Virus record (IMG/VR): IMGVR_UViG_3300028591_000123
Location: 32,001-96,000 of that record
Length of the DNA stretch: 64,000 bases
Origin: a virus
Reading direction: 5' to 3' (one strand)
Position 1 is the first letter of the stretch; each line of letters starts with the position of its first letter. This document shows positions 32,501-40,567 of this stretch, in pieces. A program made the position numbers and the translations under genes. Below the pieces are notes generated by a model, which saw nothing but the letters and a program-made list of their open reading frames with translations, searched no databases and was not told the origin of the DNA.

Positions 32501-35500
32501 TAATGTCCAGTTATCCCGATCAATCGTTCCACTCATAACATCCTTTAAGAAAACAGGATTTAAAAACTGAGCAATGTTCCTAGCCTCTTCCTCAGTATTG
32601 AATTTTCCTTTCATTGATAATAATGTATATGGATTAGAAACTGTTCCTCTAAAAATATCATCAATGATTTGTATTGGGTTCATAGCGGTTCCGAGACGTT
32701 CGTGCTTACCACTATCAATAACTAATTGAGTGATTTGATTCATTGCTAATTGAGCAGCTTCTACACCCGTAATAGGTCCAGCGTTTGGTCTGAAATCTGC
32801 TATTCTCGCATCAATTATATCCTTGCTGAGAACCTGTTCAGGCAATGCGCCTTGTCTGACTTTTTGTACTTCTTCGGGCAGAACCAAAGGCATGTCTTCA
32901 AGACTTCCGAGAACCGTAGCCTTAATTATATCATCTCCAACCGCTCCAAGTGTCATATCATAACCAAGCCCTCGCAAATATTTCCCAATGACATGAATGG
33001 TATCATCAGTTCTCCTGCTGATATCATCAAGATTAAAGATATCGCTTCTTGGATCGAAAGGAGCATTTTCATGGAATGTTGATATTTGATTTGCTTTATC
33101 AATTTTTGCTTCAATGGCAGCCAGTTCTGCTTTTTTAGCTGTTAGTTTTGCCTTTATCCTTTCACTCTTTTCTCTGATTTCTCTTGTTTCCTGTTCGATT
33201 TCGGCGGCGTCTTTTTCAATCTCTATATAACCATTGGAGACTTCAATCTTCTCCTTGTTTCTTGTGTTTATTCTCCAAATATCATTTAAAAGTTTTTTAC
33301 CGCTTCTTGATCCGGGGCCAAAACTCTTGCTTCTTGAATTTGTTAACAGATAATCATCAAGCTCTCCTTTCTCATCAAAGACATTGTAAGCAGGATTATT
33401 ACGAAGATCTGTTAAATATCCAAATTGTTCCGCAAGAACATCTCTTCTGTTTTCATAATTTCTTACTCTTGTTTCATATTTTTCAAGACGTTTTTCATAA
33501 TTCTTACTGCCTGCCCTAGGTTTTCTGAAATTATTCCTACCGGGTTCGTTCATATAATTATCTGGAATAACTTCTGTTGGGAAACGTTCCTGAAACTCCT
33601 TTGTTCCCATAAAAGTAATCGCTTCTTTTTTTGCTGACGCAATAGCTTCGTCAAGTGTGTTTTTAGCGATTTGATTAGCGTCTTCATAACGCCATTTAGT
33701 TCCAGGTTTTGGCTTACGTCTTATTGGATCAACAGGTGTCCCCTCGTTAACCGCTAAATCAGTTTCTAAACGGGAAATCTGATTTAATAGTTCTTTTCTT
33801 TGTCCAACATACTCTAGTCTGCGTTCTTCTGCCTCATCAATATCTAAGAACGGCATTATTTCATATAATTGATTATCAAGTTCCTCCACTTTGGTTCGAA
33901 GCACGGTTGCGGTTTGACCATAAGCTTCGTAAGTTTCAACATCTCCTCGTAATCCAGCCGCATAATGAATATCTCTTACTTCTTCAAATTGTTTCCACAA
34001 TTTTTCACGTTGACTCATTAATTTATTATATTCCTCATGTTTGGGGATGACCGTATTCTGATATGCAATAGCGTCTTCAAGAGCCTGACCCTCTAATTGC
34101 ATAACATCCTTATTAGGTAAGATATTGGAAATGCGTTCATTGTTTTCATCAAACCAACCGGATTCTCCAAATGTCCGATGATATGTATCACCCGTTGGGG
34201 AATGTAAATATTCCGTAGAACCATCAACAACTGTCCTACTCCAACCATCTCCAAATGAAACACGAGAAAATCCTCCAAGAGTTCTTTGAGAATCATTATT
34301 TTCATTGGAAATAAACGTTTCATCTTCAAAGCCTGAAACTGGGTTATTTATCGTGGAAGATTCATCGCCTATTGATGACTGTTGTGAGTCAGAATTTAAT
34401 CTTCGTCTTGTTCCTCCAAATTGTCTCTTTAAAAGATTTTCTATATTAATAATATGTTGCAATGTATCGCGAGGTATGTCGGCATCGATAATGTTTGACA
34501 TCTCAATTAATGACCTTCCGGTGACGTCCGCATCCGCAAGTGCCGTATGTTGTGTTCCATTAAAATCAATGCCAAGGTTTCTCGCGATTGTGCCTAATTT
34601 GTTATCTGAGAAATTAAATCCTCTTGATGCTATTGTCTGAGTGTCTATGAATCTGATATTGTTAAAGTCATTAATACTATATCCCGCGGCTTTCAAGAAT
34701 TCTTCATTCCTAAGCACGGCTTCTCTTAACATGCTCATATCATAAGTGATATTCTGACCGACTAAAGGAGTTGCTCCTGAGAGAACATCTTCCTCTTTGA
34801 ACATATTAAACAAATCAACTAAGGCGTCAAGTTCTGAAACTCCATTTGCGAAAGTGTTATTTGACCTCAGTCCATCAATATTATGCAACATTCTAAGAGC
34901 GGGAGAATCAGGTTCTTGTTCCATAAGTCGGGCGATTTCATCAGGCTGATTTATGTTCTTCTCAAAACCTGTTGTCGCTATTCCGTTTTCAAATTTCTGA
35001 ACACCAACCTGAACCATCCTATGTTTGCTTGGATCGAGACCCGTGTTTTCCGTATCAATCGCCAGGAATTTATCCCTAAACTGGTTTCCAAAAGGTCTTC
35101 CGTTTAGAGCGTATTCAGCATTATCCAATTCTTTTTTAATCCCGATTAATTGACTGTATTCTCTTTGAATGTCTGAATCATTATATGTTTTAAATCTTCC
35201 GCTGCCGGTGGATGGATATGTATTTTCAATATCTCTTAATCTTTTATCAATATTGAGGCGCATTGCTGACATGTTGTCATCATAAACACCTAAGTCCCTA
35301 GCTAACGCTGCCTTACCTGATTCTAATCCAATATTGTTTTTCTGATCTCCATTCAAGGATGTGTATGTGTTTCTGTTAATAAAATTATTCAAGTCATAAT
35401 AGATACTGCTGACTTTACTGCTGATATTGTCTTGATACCCCTTGATATTATTGAGGAGTTTTGTATGGCCTTTGATAGTGCCTAAGTTATCTACGATTGT

Positions 35501-38500
35501 ATTCAATAATCCATTGACCGTGTTATCCCTTGGTGTTTGTTCTTTGTTCTTAGCTAAATACGTATCATACTTATCACTATATCCATAAGGATAATATTTG
35601 TCAATATCAATTCCGTTCACTCCTGTTGATATGGAATCCCTATATTGTTTTGATGGACGTTGAGCTCCCGCAAAAGTATCTCTTTGATTGATTATCGCTT
35701 GTCTCACGGCAACAGGGTTTCTTTCCATATTTGTAACAATATCTTTTGCAACCCCATCAACCATATGCTGCAATACTGTCCTATCTTCTTTTCCATTAAT
35801 CACAGGATGTGACAAGCCAAATGGTGATAATTCTTCATTGCTTAAGCCTTTTCCTCTATCGGCGTACCATTTCCATGTAACCCATTGGAAACCTCTGTCA
35901 TCTTCCATTGCATGAGCTAATCCCAATGCGTTTGTTTCCGGATTGATCTTGGCGACATAATGTCCTTTTTGTCCTGTTGCCTGAGATTGCAGGCGAGTGT
36001 CGGAACCGAGGTTCTTGATCTTATCTTCATCTATATCATTTTCCTGGAAATGAACAAATTCATTTCCAGCATAATCTAATTTATTATATTTAACACTTCT
36101 GCTTGTGTTATAAAGTCTTCTATTAGCTTCCGCTGCATATCTGGCTTGTTCTGAACGAGTATCATTTAAAGTTACAGGATAATAATCATCATTATTGTAA
36201 TCATATCTCAATACTTTATTATATCTGTCTCTAACAATGACAGGTTTTCTTTGTTCAAATGAAGAGTCTTTTGAATAATTAGAATATTCTAAAACTTCGT
36301 ACTCTTCATCTTTCTTACCTCTGAATTGTGCTCCTTTATTAATCCATTTTCCATCATCGGTTTTAATATAAACCTGATTTGTCGCTGGATTAATTTTAAC
36401 ATTGCCGCTCACTCTTTGTCCATTTGCATCATATGAATTTCCTATGAATTCTCGTCGGTTTCTATCTAATCGATTATAATATAAATCATCGCTGCTTAAT
36501 CTTCTTGCCGCTTCGTATAATTTATCAGCCGCACGATTCAGATTGTTAGCCCAATTCGTTGAAATCTTGTCTCCCCAATTACGCTTATAATCAGATGATG
36601 AGTTTGAATTTCCCGTAGCGGCATCAGTCTGAAGCGCTGTATTATTTTGAGGTATACTTTGAGAAAATACATTAGTTGCGGAAACAATAGAATTGTTAAT
36701 ATCATTTAAACCCTGAGTGGTATTACTTAGGTCACGGCTTATCCTATCTAAAACAGTTCTTCTATAATTCATGCCATCATCGGATGATATGAATTTATTT
36801 GGATCCATAAGAGCAACGGCTTTTCCCGGATTCCCCGGTTTATCTTCATATTGTCCATAATTTGATACACCGAAATATCCTGTTGTTGAATCCTTACGAG
36901 TATCTAATGTTCCTGTTTTTGCATTCAAAACACCATATTGACCAAGCCCTTTATCATATGAAAAGATGTTTCCGGAAAAGTCTCCGCTTTTATATATAGC
37001 TCCTCCAAAAGCATCCGCTATCATATTGCCGATATATCTAACTTTAATGTTGCCGTTCGCATCAGTTTTCCCATATAATGCGGCATTGCGTATTTGTCGA
37101 CCTAACTCGTTTCGGATGTGATATTGAAGTTCTGGACTGTAATCACCACCAAACATTTTCATTGTGTTAGGGAGATTCTCATCTATTACACTTGCATCAA
37201 TATAACCTGAGAAATCACTTTTATCTCCTCCCATCGCTAGGAATGGAGCAACTTCTTGCTGATAATAGCTTTGAACAACACTCTTAAACTCATCCTTGAT
37301 GGCGGCATTTGTATTCCCAACTTCTTTAAGAGCTTGTAATTCATTTAATAATAATCCATTTTGAGTTCTTTGGTTAGGAGTTAATGCGTTAACCGCATCT
37401 GGATGCATATATAAAGTTTTTCCAAAACCGTTTCCTCCGGTTTGGTATCTCATATGTGTTTCATCAACATTGGAGAAAGTGGCGATTTGTTTTTTAGCCG
37501 CAGCTTGCTGTTGTAATTCATTTGTTAATGCCTTATTCTGAACCAATAAATCTTCTGTTGTTACAGCTTCTTGTTTGGTTAATCCAACCTGTTCTCGAGT
37601 TTTGGAAACCAGTTCCCAAACAAATTTCAACACTTCCTTGATAGAACCAAGAGCCCTACCTAAAAGAGAGTTAACCACAGCAACAAGACCCCAGATAGCA
37701 AACTTACTACCATATGAATCATTTGCAAGGAAATCAACAATTGGCTTCATTATCTCAAGTATTGGAGATAAGACATCAGCTATGGTCTTACCATAATTTC
37801 TCCAAATGGTTTCCAATGATTTCATTATCTCTTCTTGTTGTGAAGCGAAATTCTGCATGCTCCTATTAGCCAAAGTCTCCGCGCTTGCCTTCTCACGGAT
37901 TTTCGCGGTGCTTTCTTGAATCGTATTTTCATCAAGCTTCATCATCTGCTGGCCCATCTTTGTACCAACAAGCTTACCCCATATTTCAAGCTGATCCATT
38001 GTGGATTTGTTATTATCCTTCATTGCCTGACGAATGATACGAATCTGTTCTGAAATTGGTTTCATTTCCTGCTGACCATCTTCCCAGAGACTATACGGTT
38101 CCAAGCCTATTTCCTTCAACGCTTCCCATACTGAACTATCCTGTGTAGCTGGTTTGGACAGGAAAGCTCTTAATGCGGTACCGGCCATTGAACCAACTAC
38201 ACCTTTTTGAGCGAAAGCTGATGTAGTACCCATAAGGTCGTATAATAGGTCTTCATTGCTTAAGTTCGCTCCTGCGGCCGCCGCGGTACCTCCAACATAT
38301 TTCAGGGTCTGAACAACATCATTCACATCCAAAGGGCCACTTAAGGATGTTCCAACAAGCATATTGGTGACTTTTTCAGTATCCATACCAAAATCGCTAC
38401 TTTGAATGTCACCACCTAATAATGAAGTGGTTTGAACAATCTCTTCCAAAGCCGTGGCTAAGTTCATACCCTCAATCTTAGCCAGGGAAAATCCTTGCCT

Positions 38501-38902
38501 TAATGTTTCTATCTGATTGTTCACATCCGTCAAACCGGCTCTGCCTAATGTGGTCAGTCCTTCGTTCACATCATCTATTCCCATCCTGAATTCTGATGAG
38601 AATTGCTGAGCTGTATGACCGAGTATCTGCATTTCCGCATTAGTTGAACCTGAAACAGTTTGTACAATAGCCTGTCCTCTTTCAAACTCTCCATATGCCC
38701 TTGCGGCTTGTGTTGATAAAATACCGAGGCTAACCCCTGCTGTCGCTACGGCAGCATCTATCGCCCCAACATTCCTAGCGATTCCCTCACCAACATTGGA
38801 GAATACTCCAACCAGTTGGTTGAGGTTTGTCTGAGCCGCTACAATACCGCTCATATCCTTTGCCACAAAGGACATGTTAATATTCATATCTTCTTGAACC
38901 AT
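26540..38902 (-). CDS. Giant tape measure protein (4120 aa) with ~2800-aa cargo insertion
   Basis: Follows tube and chaperone genes; N-terminal aa ~60-330 match the phage minor-tail/TMP pattern (FERGQAIVQTVSG...LGRAGL...MAGTALRAFL); hydrophobic helices near aa ~400 and ~3350. Confidence 0.9.
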   Translation of the reverse strand: MVQEDMNINMSFVAKDMSGIVAAQTNLNQLVGVFSNVGEGIARNVGAIDAAVATAGVSLGILSTQAARAYGEFERGQAIVQTVSGSTNAEMQILGHTAQQFSSEFRMGIDDVNEGLTTLGRAGLTDVNNQIETLRQGFSLAKIEGMNLATALEEIVQTTSLLGGDIQSSDFGMDTEKVTNMLVGTSLSGPLDVNDVVQTLKYVGGTAAAAGANLSNEDLLYDLMGTTSAFAQKGVVGSMAGTALRAFLSKPATQDSSVWEALKEIGLEPYSLWEDGQQEMKPISEQIRIIRQAMKDNNKSTMDQLEIWGKLVGTKMGQQMMKLDENTIQESTAKIREKASAETLANRSMQNFASQQEEIMKSLETIWRNYGKTIADVLSPILEIMKPIVDFLANDSYGSKFAIWGLVAVVNSLLGRALGSIKEVLKFVWELVSKTREQVGLTKQEAVTTEDLLVQNKALTNELQQQAAAKKQIATFSNVDETHMRYQTGGNGFGKTLYMHPDAVNALTPNQRTQNGLLLNELQALKEVGNTNAAIKDEFKSVVQSYYQQEVAPFLAMGGDKSDFSGYIDASVIDENLPNTMKMFGGDYSPELQYHIRNELGRQIRNAALYGKTDANGNIKVRYIGNMIADAFGGAIYKSGDFSGNIFSYDKGLGQYGVLNAKTGTLDTRKDSTTGYFGVSNYGQYEDKPGNPGKAVALMDPNKFISSDDGMNYRRTVLDRISRDLSNTTQGLNDINNSIVSATNVFSQSIPQNNTALQTDAATGNSNSSSDYKRNWGDKISTNWANNLNRAADKLYEAARRLSSDDLYYNRLDRNRREFIGNSYDANGQRVSGNVKINPATNQVYIKTDDGKWINKGAQFRGKKDEEYEVLEYSNYSKDSSFEQRKPVIVRDRYNKVLRYDYNNDDYYPVTLNDTRSEQARYAAEANRRLYNTSRSVKYNKLDYAGNEFVHFQENDIDEDKIKNLGSDTRLQSQATGQKGHYVAKINPETNALGLAHAMEDDRGFQWVTWKWYADRGKGLSNEELSPFGLSHPVINGKEDRTVLQHMVDGVAKDIVTNMERNPVAVRQAIINQRDTFAGAQRPSKQYRDSISTGVNGIDIDKYYPYGYSDKYDTYLAKNKEQTPRDNTVNGLLNTIVDNLGTIKGHTKLLNNIKGYQDNISSKVSSIYYDLNNFINRNTYTSLNGDQKNNIGLESGKAALARDLGVYDDNMSAMRLNIDKRLRDIENTYPSTGSGRFKTYNDSDIQREYSQLIGIKKELDNAEYALNGRPFGNQFRDKFLAIDTENTGLDPSKHRMVQVGVQKFENGIATTGFEKNINQPDEIARLMEQEPDSPALRMLHNIDGLRSNNTFANGVSELDALVDLFNMFKEEDVLSGATPLVGQNITYDMSMLREAVLRNEEFLKAAGYSINDFNNIRFIDTQTIASRGFNFSDNKLGTIARNLGIDFNGTQHTALADADVTGRSLIEMSNIIDADIPRDTLQHIINIENLLKRQFGGTRRRLNSDSQQSSIGDESSTINNPVSGFEDETFISNENNDSQRTLGGFSRVSFGDGWSRTVVDGSTEYLHSPTGDTYHRTFGESGWFDENNERISNILPNKDVMQLEGQALEDAIAYQNTVIPKHEEYNKLMSQREKLWKQFEEVRDIHYAAGLRGDVETYEAYGQTATVLRTKVEELDNQLYEIMPFLDIDEAEERRLEYVGQRKELLNQISRLETDLAVNEGTPVDPIRRKPKPGTKWRYEDANQIAKNTLDEAIASAKKEAITFMGTKEFQERFPTEVIPDNYMNEPGRNNFRKPRAGSKNYEKRLEKYETRVRNYENRRDVLAEQFGYLTDLRNNPAYNVFDEKGELDDYLLTNSRSKSFGPGSRSGKKLLNDIWRINTRNKEKIEVSNGYIEIEKDAAEIEQETREIREKSERIKAKLTAKKAELAAIEAKIDKANQISTFHENAPFDPRSDIFNLDDISRRTDDTIHVIGKYLRGLGYDMTLGAVGDDIIKATVLGSLEDMPLVLPEEVQKVRQGALPEQVLSKDIIDARIADFRPNAGPITGVEAAQLAMNQITQLVIDSGKHERLGTAMNPIQIIDDIFRGTVSNPYTLLSMKGKFNTEEEARNIAQFLNPVFLKDVMSGTIDRDNWTLDLDPNKLLEFGLEPDWVFETLQRSFGNIPMSISDNQIKFNPTNDTDKHQIKNWISEAQISGMTGIKPINLDSDVFKYYNEEGVEEWKILAQGSNVAFLDSLLGADFLLKDAFDFITTDFRDVENVRGVEAARQVLTAQLRATLQSLGLNISDDIIKAITSMMTASGKVVSVSDIVHQRNNPLERAAFEDSMRVMYQASLHGETAHTTPTVNTIIGQETPPLLETLNADTAEKILYEDNNLEYTRPSIDKDTLKGIHRNQMDEYNTMLAKDTRENPQRARVVAEQSNPIPPAAFKDARSLQLLQMLAAESLNKQYEIMNGTQGALANLDKRRQLLMEKKNALAAKIESDAQIDENDRIQLEELESRIKGIDAATADIRQGKAAFSYAELNRSASETLNPNPLYEEDLAVIRQSLQERVDNGKMAQSTMDYILSGEGTQRGPSAWDSAGILKEESIETMASRVRDLAPDEVFAGVEDLFEELRRNSINDYDAHQFINWIGKQFGMELDGNGVADPTKIVGGLHSNIGAKGFHGMGAVPIRMAGIMQVMEALKDSDASLPEGAIPMPRLEKTQGNLSNPIYNITEGLTNEVMAAKVVADTYRVTHARMEDLLYSTSIIARTDGRTDLRYQTEELQRLNDEFDELFKIDIDGRRRSFFGLDNEDWADPAIVEEFNKRVKEREEFIRRYYERMIAFREQIKEEDAAIIKDQDKRIHANSELGYYHSYDEDGNYLGLTPTINRDGQFRDIDKSRKTILAMKERYPNMPELDEPKITTIGDVTPSFSQGSLLNDEVEKGVFTVPEPNQVENMAKTIEGLSDRNKAQQEKSHAYYMDKIVNGTLREQQEAYSRFYAKNYDELINWFRAFHVEDDVINKFVSEKGVLHDNLNIARLLSQFDDNIEKGIAPVHTVKALIDELDETRNPYRRMKIHEGRGDTPESVRGYPFKMLAENELLSAQKGFFDHDKFVEWWKEASVEEQELFGRNIKQGVYARQADTPNLPGFDDFLTEEGQKQFGTITNMLKFEEKLEEIKQIESQQLSALERILSEGRFLNPDDMNKINDEYFNSEEYKASKREKILQNASGEYTYAGGRFFGTGDVVLLDNLNDDFLSNLANADLTPFRDEFELPPFVRPYGPVYRDPEAVSKWRRKQVDGKNLEDPLLGLDQLFGVESTAEERAVRLDKLNEKQANKVKKYQDDIAENNKRHAEQMNAKYGPGKGSLSFEQLRALPDSAGKDILMKEYMSGLSPFQRFKARLGIAPSTYTDKDGQVQTRGFGERIKDSTGALGKLGGAIGSVTNLMGGPMMAAMTIFQGVMQAYSAVVEKESERITKIQTETSEAQERYSQAESNFLTSKERADENFSNVSEDDKETAIEEALKEGRDKDVTMQDLRLLTDENLELTESEQLNKDLTALEANTRLLYTSQLQMTAALRNEANVEDDTGQLGHYGTQADFTEWYEGSGIKNSKDEYGLGDILDINAWKTKFGLTDKGEEYLEDIAQSSENGLQFTTRIKNAEDLETDFEKLAASFDKRNVGGNDISTIFGGNKGLYPQYNSYWNDIGTHNGGYSATQLAKLGKQYDKQLNRFERKNFRFEFKNGRLVLKNIQNIDKKFANLGQRLGISKIAAQQLVMLHTLNDLYQVAETQVKPELINQTQGLYSQLATSSGIHSNTGSSVSVEQAMNQGLAVISQQLSQVIVSTANEAAVDSYNAVSDTPVESVGELNKIIKDGNKSSDEYKNAVKAMDTKYQTQAYQAKYYERLNAGDTPAEAMKKAQKSSEEYLKKYGVENGSYWKTHQKYTDIAKEYESPTIGNFMKRLASNIPGFPSSGYSDYNATDIMKLNDEVVKNNPDVIKYLMNLTNTINESNMDAEDAADDETGGSGKGGGGKDYDNNNRQRYVQLAICNKKAIPKLNVNLFKKAPSFTVMNKNFKLRDIKINTADKAKNIESAVKNAIIDVQERSDPKIIQDEEAEYDPVGATDGDNLPTGTTQTNNN
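31850..32850 (-). other. RNA polymerase subunit A'' (Rpo1C)-like domain inside TMP
   Basis: GVEAAQ...TQ; VSNP; EEWKILAQGSN; TTDFRDVENVRGVEAARQVL..QL..TL..LGL; MMTASGKV; LERAAFED...ASLHGE; NTIIGQ, all colinear with Rpo1C conserved blocks. Confidence 0.85.
34490..35075 (-). other. DEDDh (DnaQ-like) 3'-5' exonuclease domain inside TMP
   Basis: ExoI AIDTENTG (D1283,E1285), ExoII GQNITYD (D1388), FIDT, ExoIII HTALADAD (H1452,D1457). Confidence 0.9.
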
Positions 38903-38933
38903 TATTTTACGACCTTTTTATTGAAATTTTTCT

Positions 38934-38966
38934 AAAAAAAAAGCATAACCATTAAACGGTTATGCT
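38934..38966 (-). terminator. Hairpin + T-run between chaperone and TMP genes
   Basis: Minus strand AGCATAACC-GTTTAAT-GGTTATGCT followed by a long T-run. Confidence 0.6.
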
Positions 38967-39168
38967 AAAATAAACTAACATGATATTCTAATTGAAATTC
39001 CTGCCTCCATTGCAGGAAAGCGTATAAAAACATTTTCTCCTCATATGAAAGAAATCCTTTTCTTTCAAGTTCACCTATTTCCGATGGTGTCTTCCTTAAC
39101 ATTAGGCATAATTCACCATCAAGCTGCAATTGTCTTGAATCCTTGATCTGCTCATAATATTTATTGAA
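38965..39168 (-). CDS. +1-frame C-terminal extension of tail assembly chaperone (GT-like product)
   Basis: 67-codon frame FNKYYEQIKDSRQLQLDGELCLMLRKTPSEIGELERKGFLSYEEKMFLYAFLQWRQEFQLEYHVSLF, entered at TCA TTT CAA TAA. Confidence 0.65.
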   Translation of the reverse strand, partial: FNKYYEQIKDSRQLQLDGELCLMLRKTPSEIGELERKGFLSYEEKMFLYAFLQWRQEFQLEYHVSLF

Positions 39169-39838
39169 ATGAGTCTACATCGGAAATATCCGTTAATACT
39201 TTTTGAACCTCATCAAAGAGTGCTACAATAATACCATTTTCAACATTATCCGCCCATTCCTGTTCAGTTAATCTTGGTTGAATGACAGTTGAAGCCAGAG
39301 TTCTTCTTCTGAACGCCATGGATTCCTCATATTCCGCCATGGTTAATTCATTGAGTTTCTTTCCGATTAATCTGTGATTCAACAGGTGATTGTTTTCTGT
39401 CTCGGATAATTTCCTAACCATGAATGACATTTTCACCGGTTCATGTGTTGCCGGATCTTCTCCAACATCGATGTATACTTTTACAGGCTTTTTTAATCTG
39501 TTGAAAAGCATGTCTCTTGTAGCGGTGATTTCCTTGAATTCTTTGATTTTTTTATCTTCATACTCTACTTTAGCTTTGACAGCTCCTTCTGGCATAGATT
39601 CCGCTCTCATTGCAGCGATAACTTCCTCTGGGGAAGCGCCTTCTCCTCCAAGATTTTCAGTTCCTTCGAGACCTTCTTCTTTTGCGGCTTCTTGAATGTC
39701 TTCTAAAGCCTTTTCGGTGTAGGTTTTGTCTTCTATGATTTCTAATCCTTCTGGAAGATCTGCGTTTTTCATTCTGACGGTTTCTTTTTTTTCTTGACTG
39801 TCCCAGTCTTCATTTGGTATGATATAATCGTTATTCAT
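39161..39838 (-). CDS. Tail assembly chaperone
   Basis: Acidic 225-aa ORF between tube and TMP genes. Confidence 0.75.
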   Translation of the reverse strand: MNNDYIIPNEDWDSQEKKETVRMKNADLPEGLEIIEDKTYTEKALEDIQEAAKEEGLEGTENLGGEGASPEEVIAAMRAESMPEGAVKAKVEYEDKKIKEFKEITATRDMLFNRLKKPVKVYIDVGEDPATHEPVKMSFMVRKLSETENNHLLNHRLIGKKLNELTMAEYEESMAFRRRTLASTVIQPRLTEQEWADNVENGIIVALFDEVQKVLTDISDVDSFQ

Positions 39839-40054
39839 TTCATTACCTCATATTATTTATAATTTAAATATGAGATATATGAATATTTAAAGATTAATTA
39901 AAAAAAATAGTGTGTTGTTAATCTGATTGAAAAAGTGTAAAATCAAAGAACCCATAGAGCACCTAATTCGCCGCTCGTCACGACAAGACTAAATGGGAAT
40001 GCTTTTATCTTTGAAATCTTACACTTATTATAATGTATATTAATATGAAAAATA

Positions 40055-40087
40055 GAAAAAATGACAATCCTATGATAGGATCATCAT
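40055..40087 (-). terminator. Terminator after tail tube gene
   Basis: ATGATGATCCTATCATAGGATTGTCAT hairpin followed by TTTTTTCTATTTTT. Confidence 0.6.
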
Positions 40088-40098
40088 TAAAAACGCTC

Positions 40099-40554
40099 TT
40101 ATAAGTTGTTACAGGTAGGGTTTACAAAGGATGCGATTTCGGTGATGTTAAAGGTGATATCTAAAGCTTTACCACTTACATCTTCTTCAACCGGATCCCC
40201 TTTACCTAAAGTTCCTAAACTGTTCTTTTCTAATAAGCAACCGGTTAAAGCACAAACCTGTTGTCCGGTAGCGTTGTTTCCCGGGTCAGCGGTGTTGTTG
40301 AAAAGAACCATGTTGAACTGACATCTTTTCAGGTAAATGTTCATCAAGGTGATGTTGGAAAAGATTCTTTTGATTTTAAAATCAATCTTTTCATTTCCTG
40401 GTATAAGAGCTGCTGCTTTTGGACTTCCTGAATTGTAATATTCTTTTAAATCACGACTTAAATCGATAGATACTTCTTCTACTGGGATTCTGGTTGAAGC
40501 TCCGAGAACAATATAACCATTAGTCCAGATTTGAGTTGAGTTTTCGTCTGCCAT
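40099..40554 (-). CDS. Tail tube protein
   Basis: 151 aa directly after the sheath; XkdM-like pattern. Confidence 0.8.
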   Translation of the reverse strand: MADENSTQIWTNGYIVLGASTRIPVEEVSIDLSRDLKEYYNSGSPKAAALIPGNEKIDFKIKRIFSNITLMNIYLKRCQFNMVLFNNTADPGNNATGQQVCALTGCLLEKNSLGTLGKGDPVEEDVSGKALDITFNITEIASFVNPTCNNL

Positions 40555-40567
40555 TAATTATTCCTCC

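Noticed and set aside
26540-38902. A complete virion RNA polymerase within the TMP
   Set aside because: I found no NADFDGD/DxDGD catalytic motif or Rpo2-like blocks; only A''-like sequence is recognisable.
26540-38902. Inteins as the cause of TMP size
   Set aside because: No obvious intein N-terminal block, LAGLIDADG motif or His-Asn/Cys-Ser-Thr junction noticed; the check was by eye and not exhaustive.
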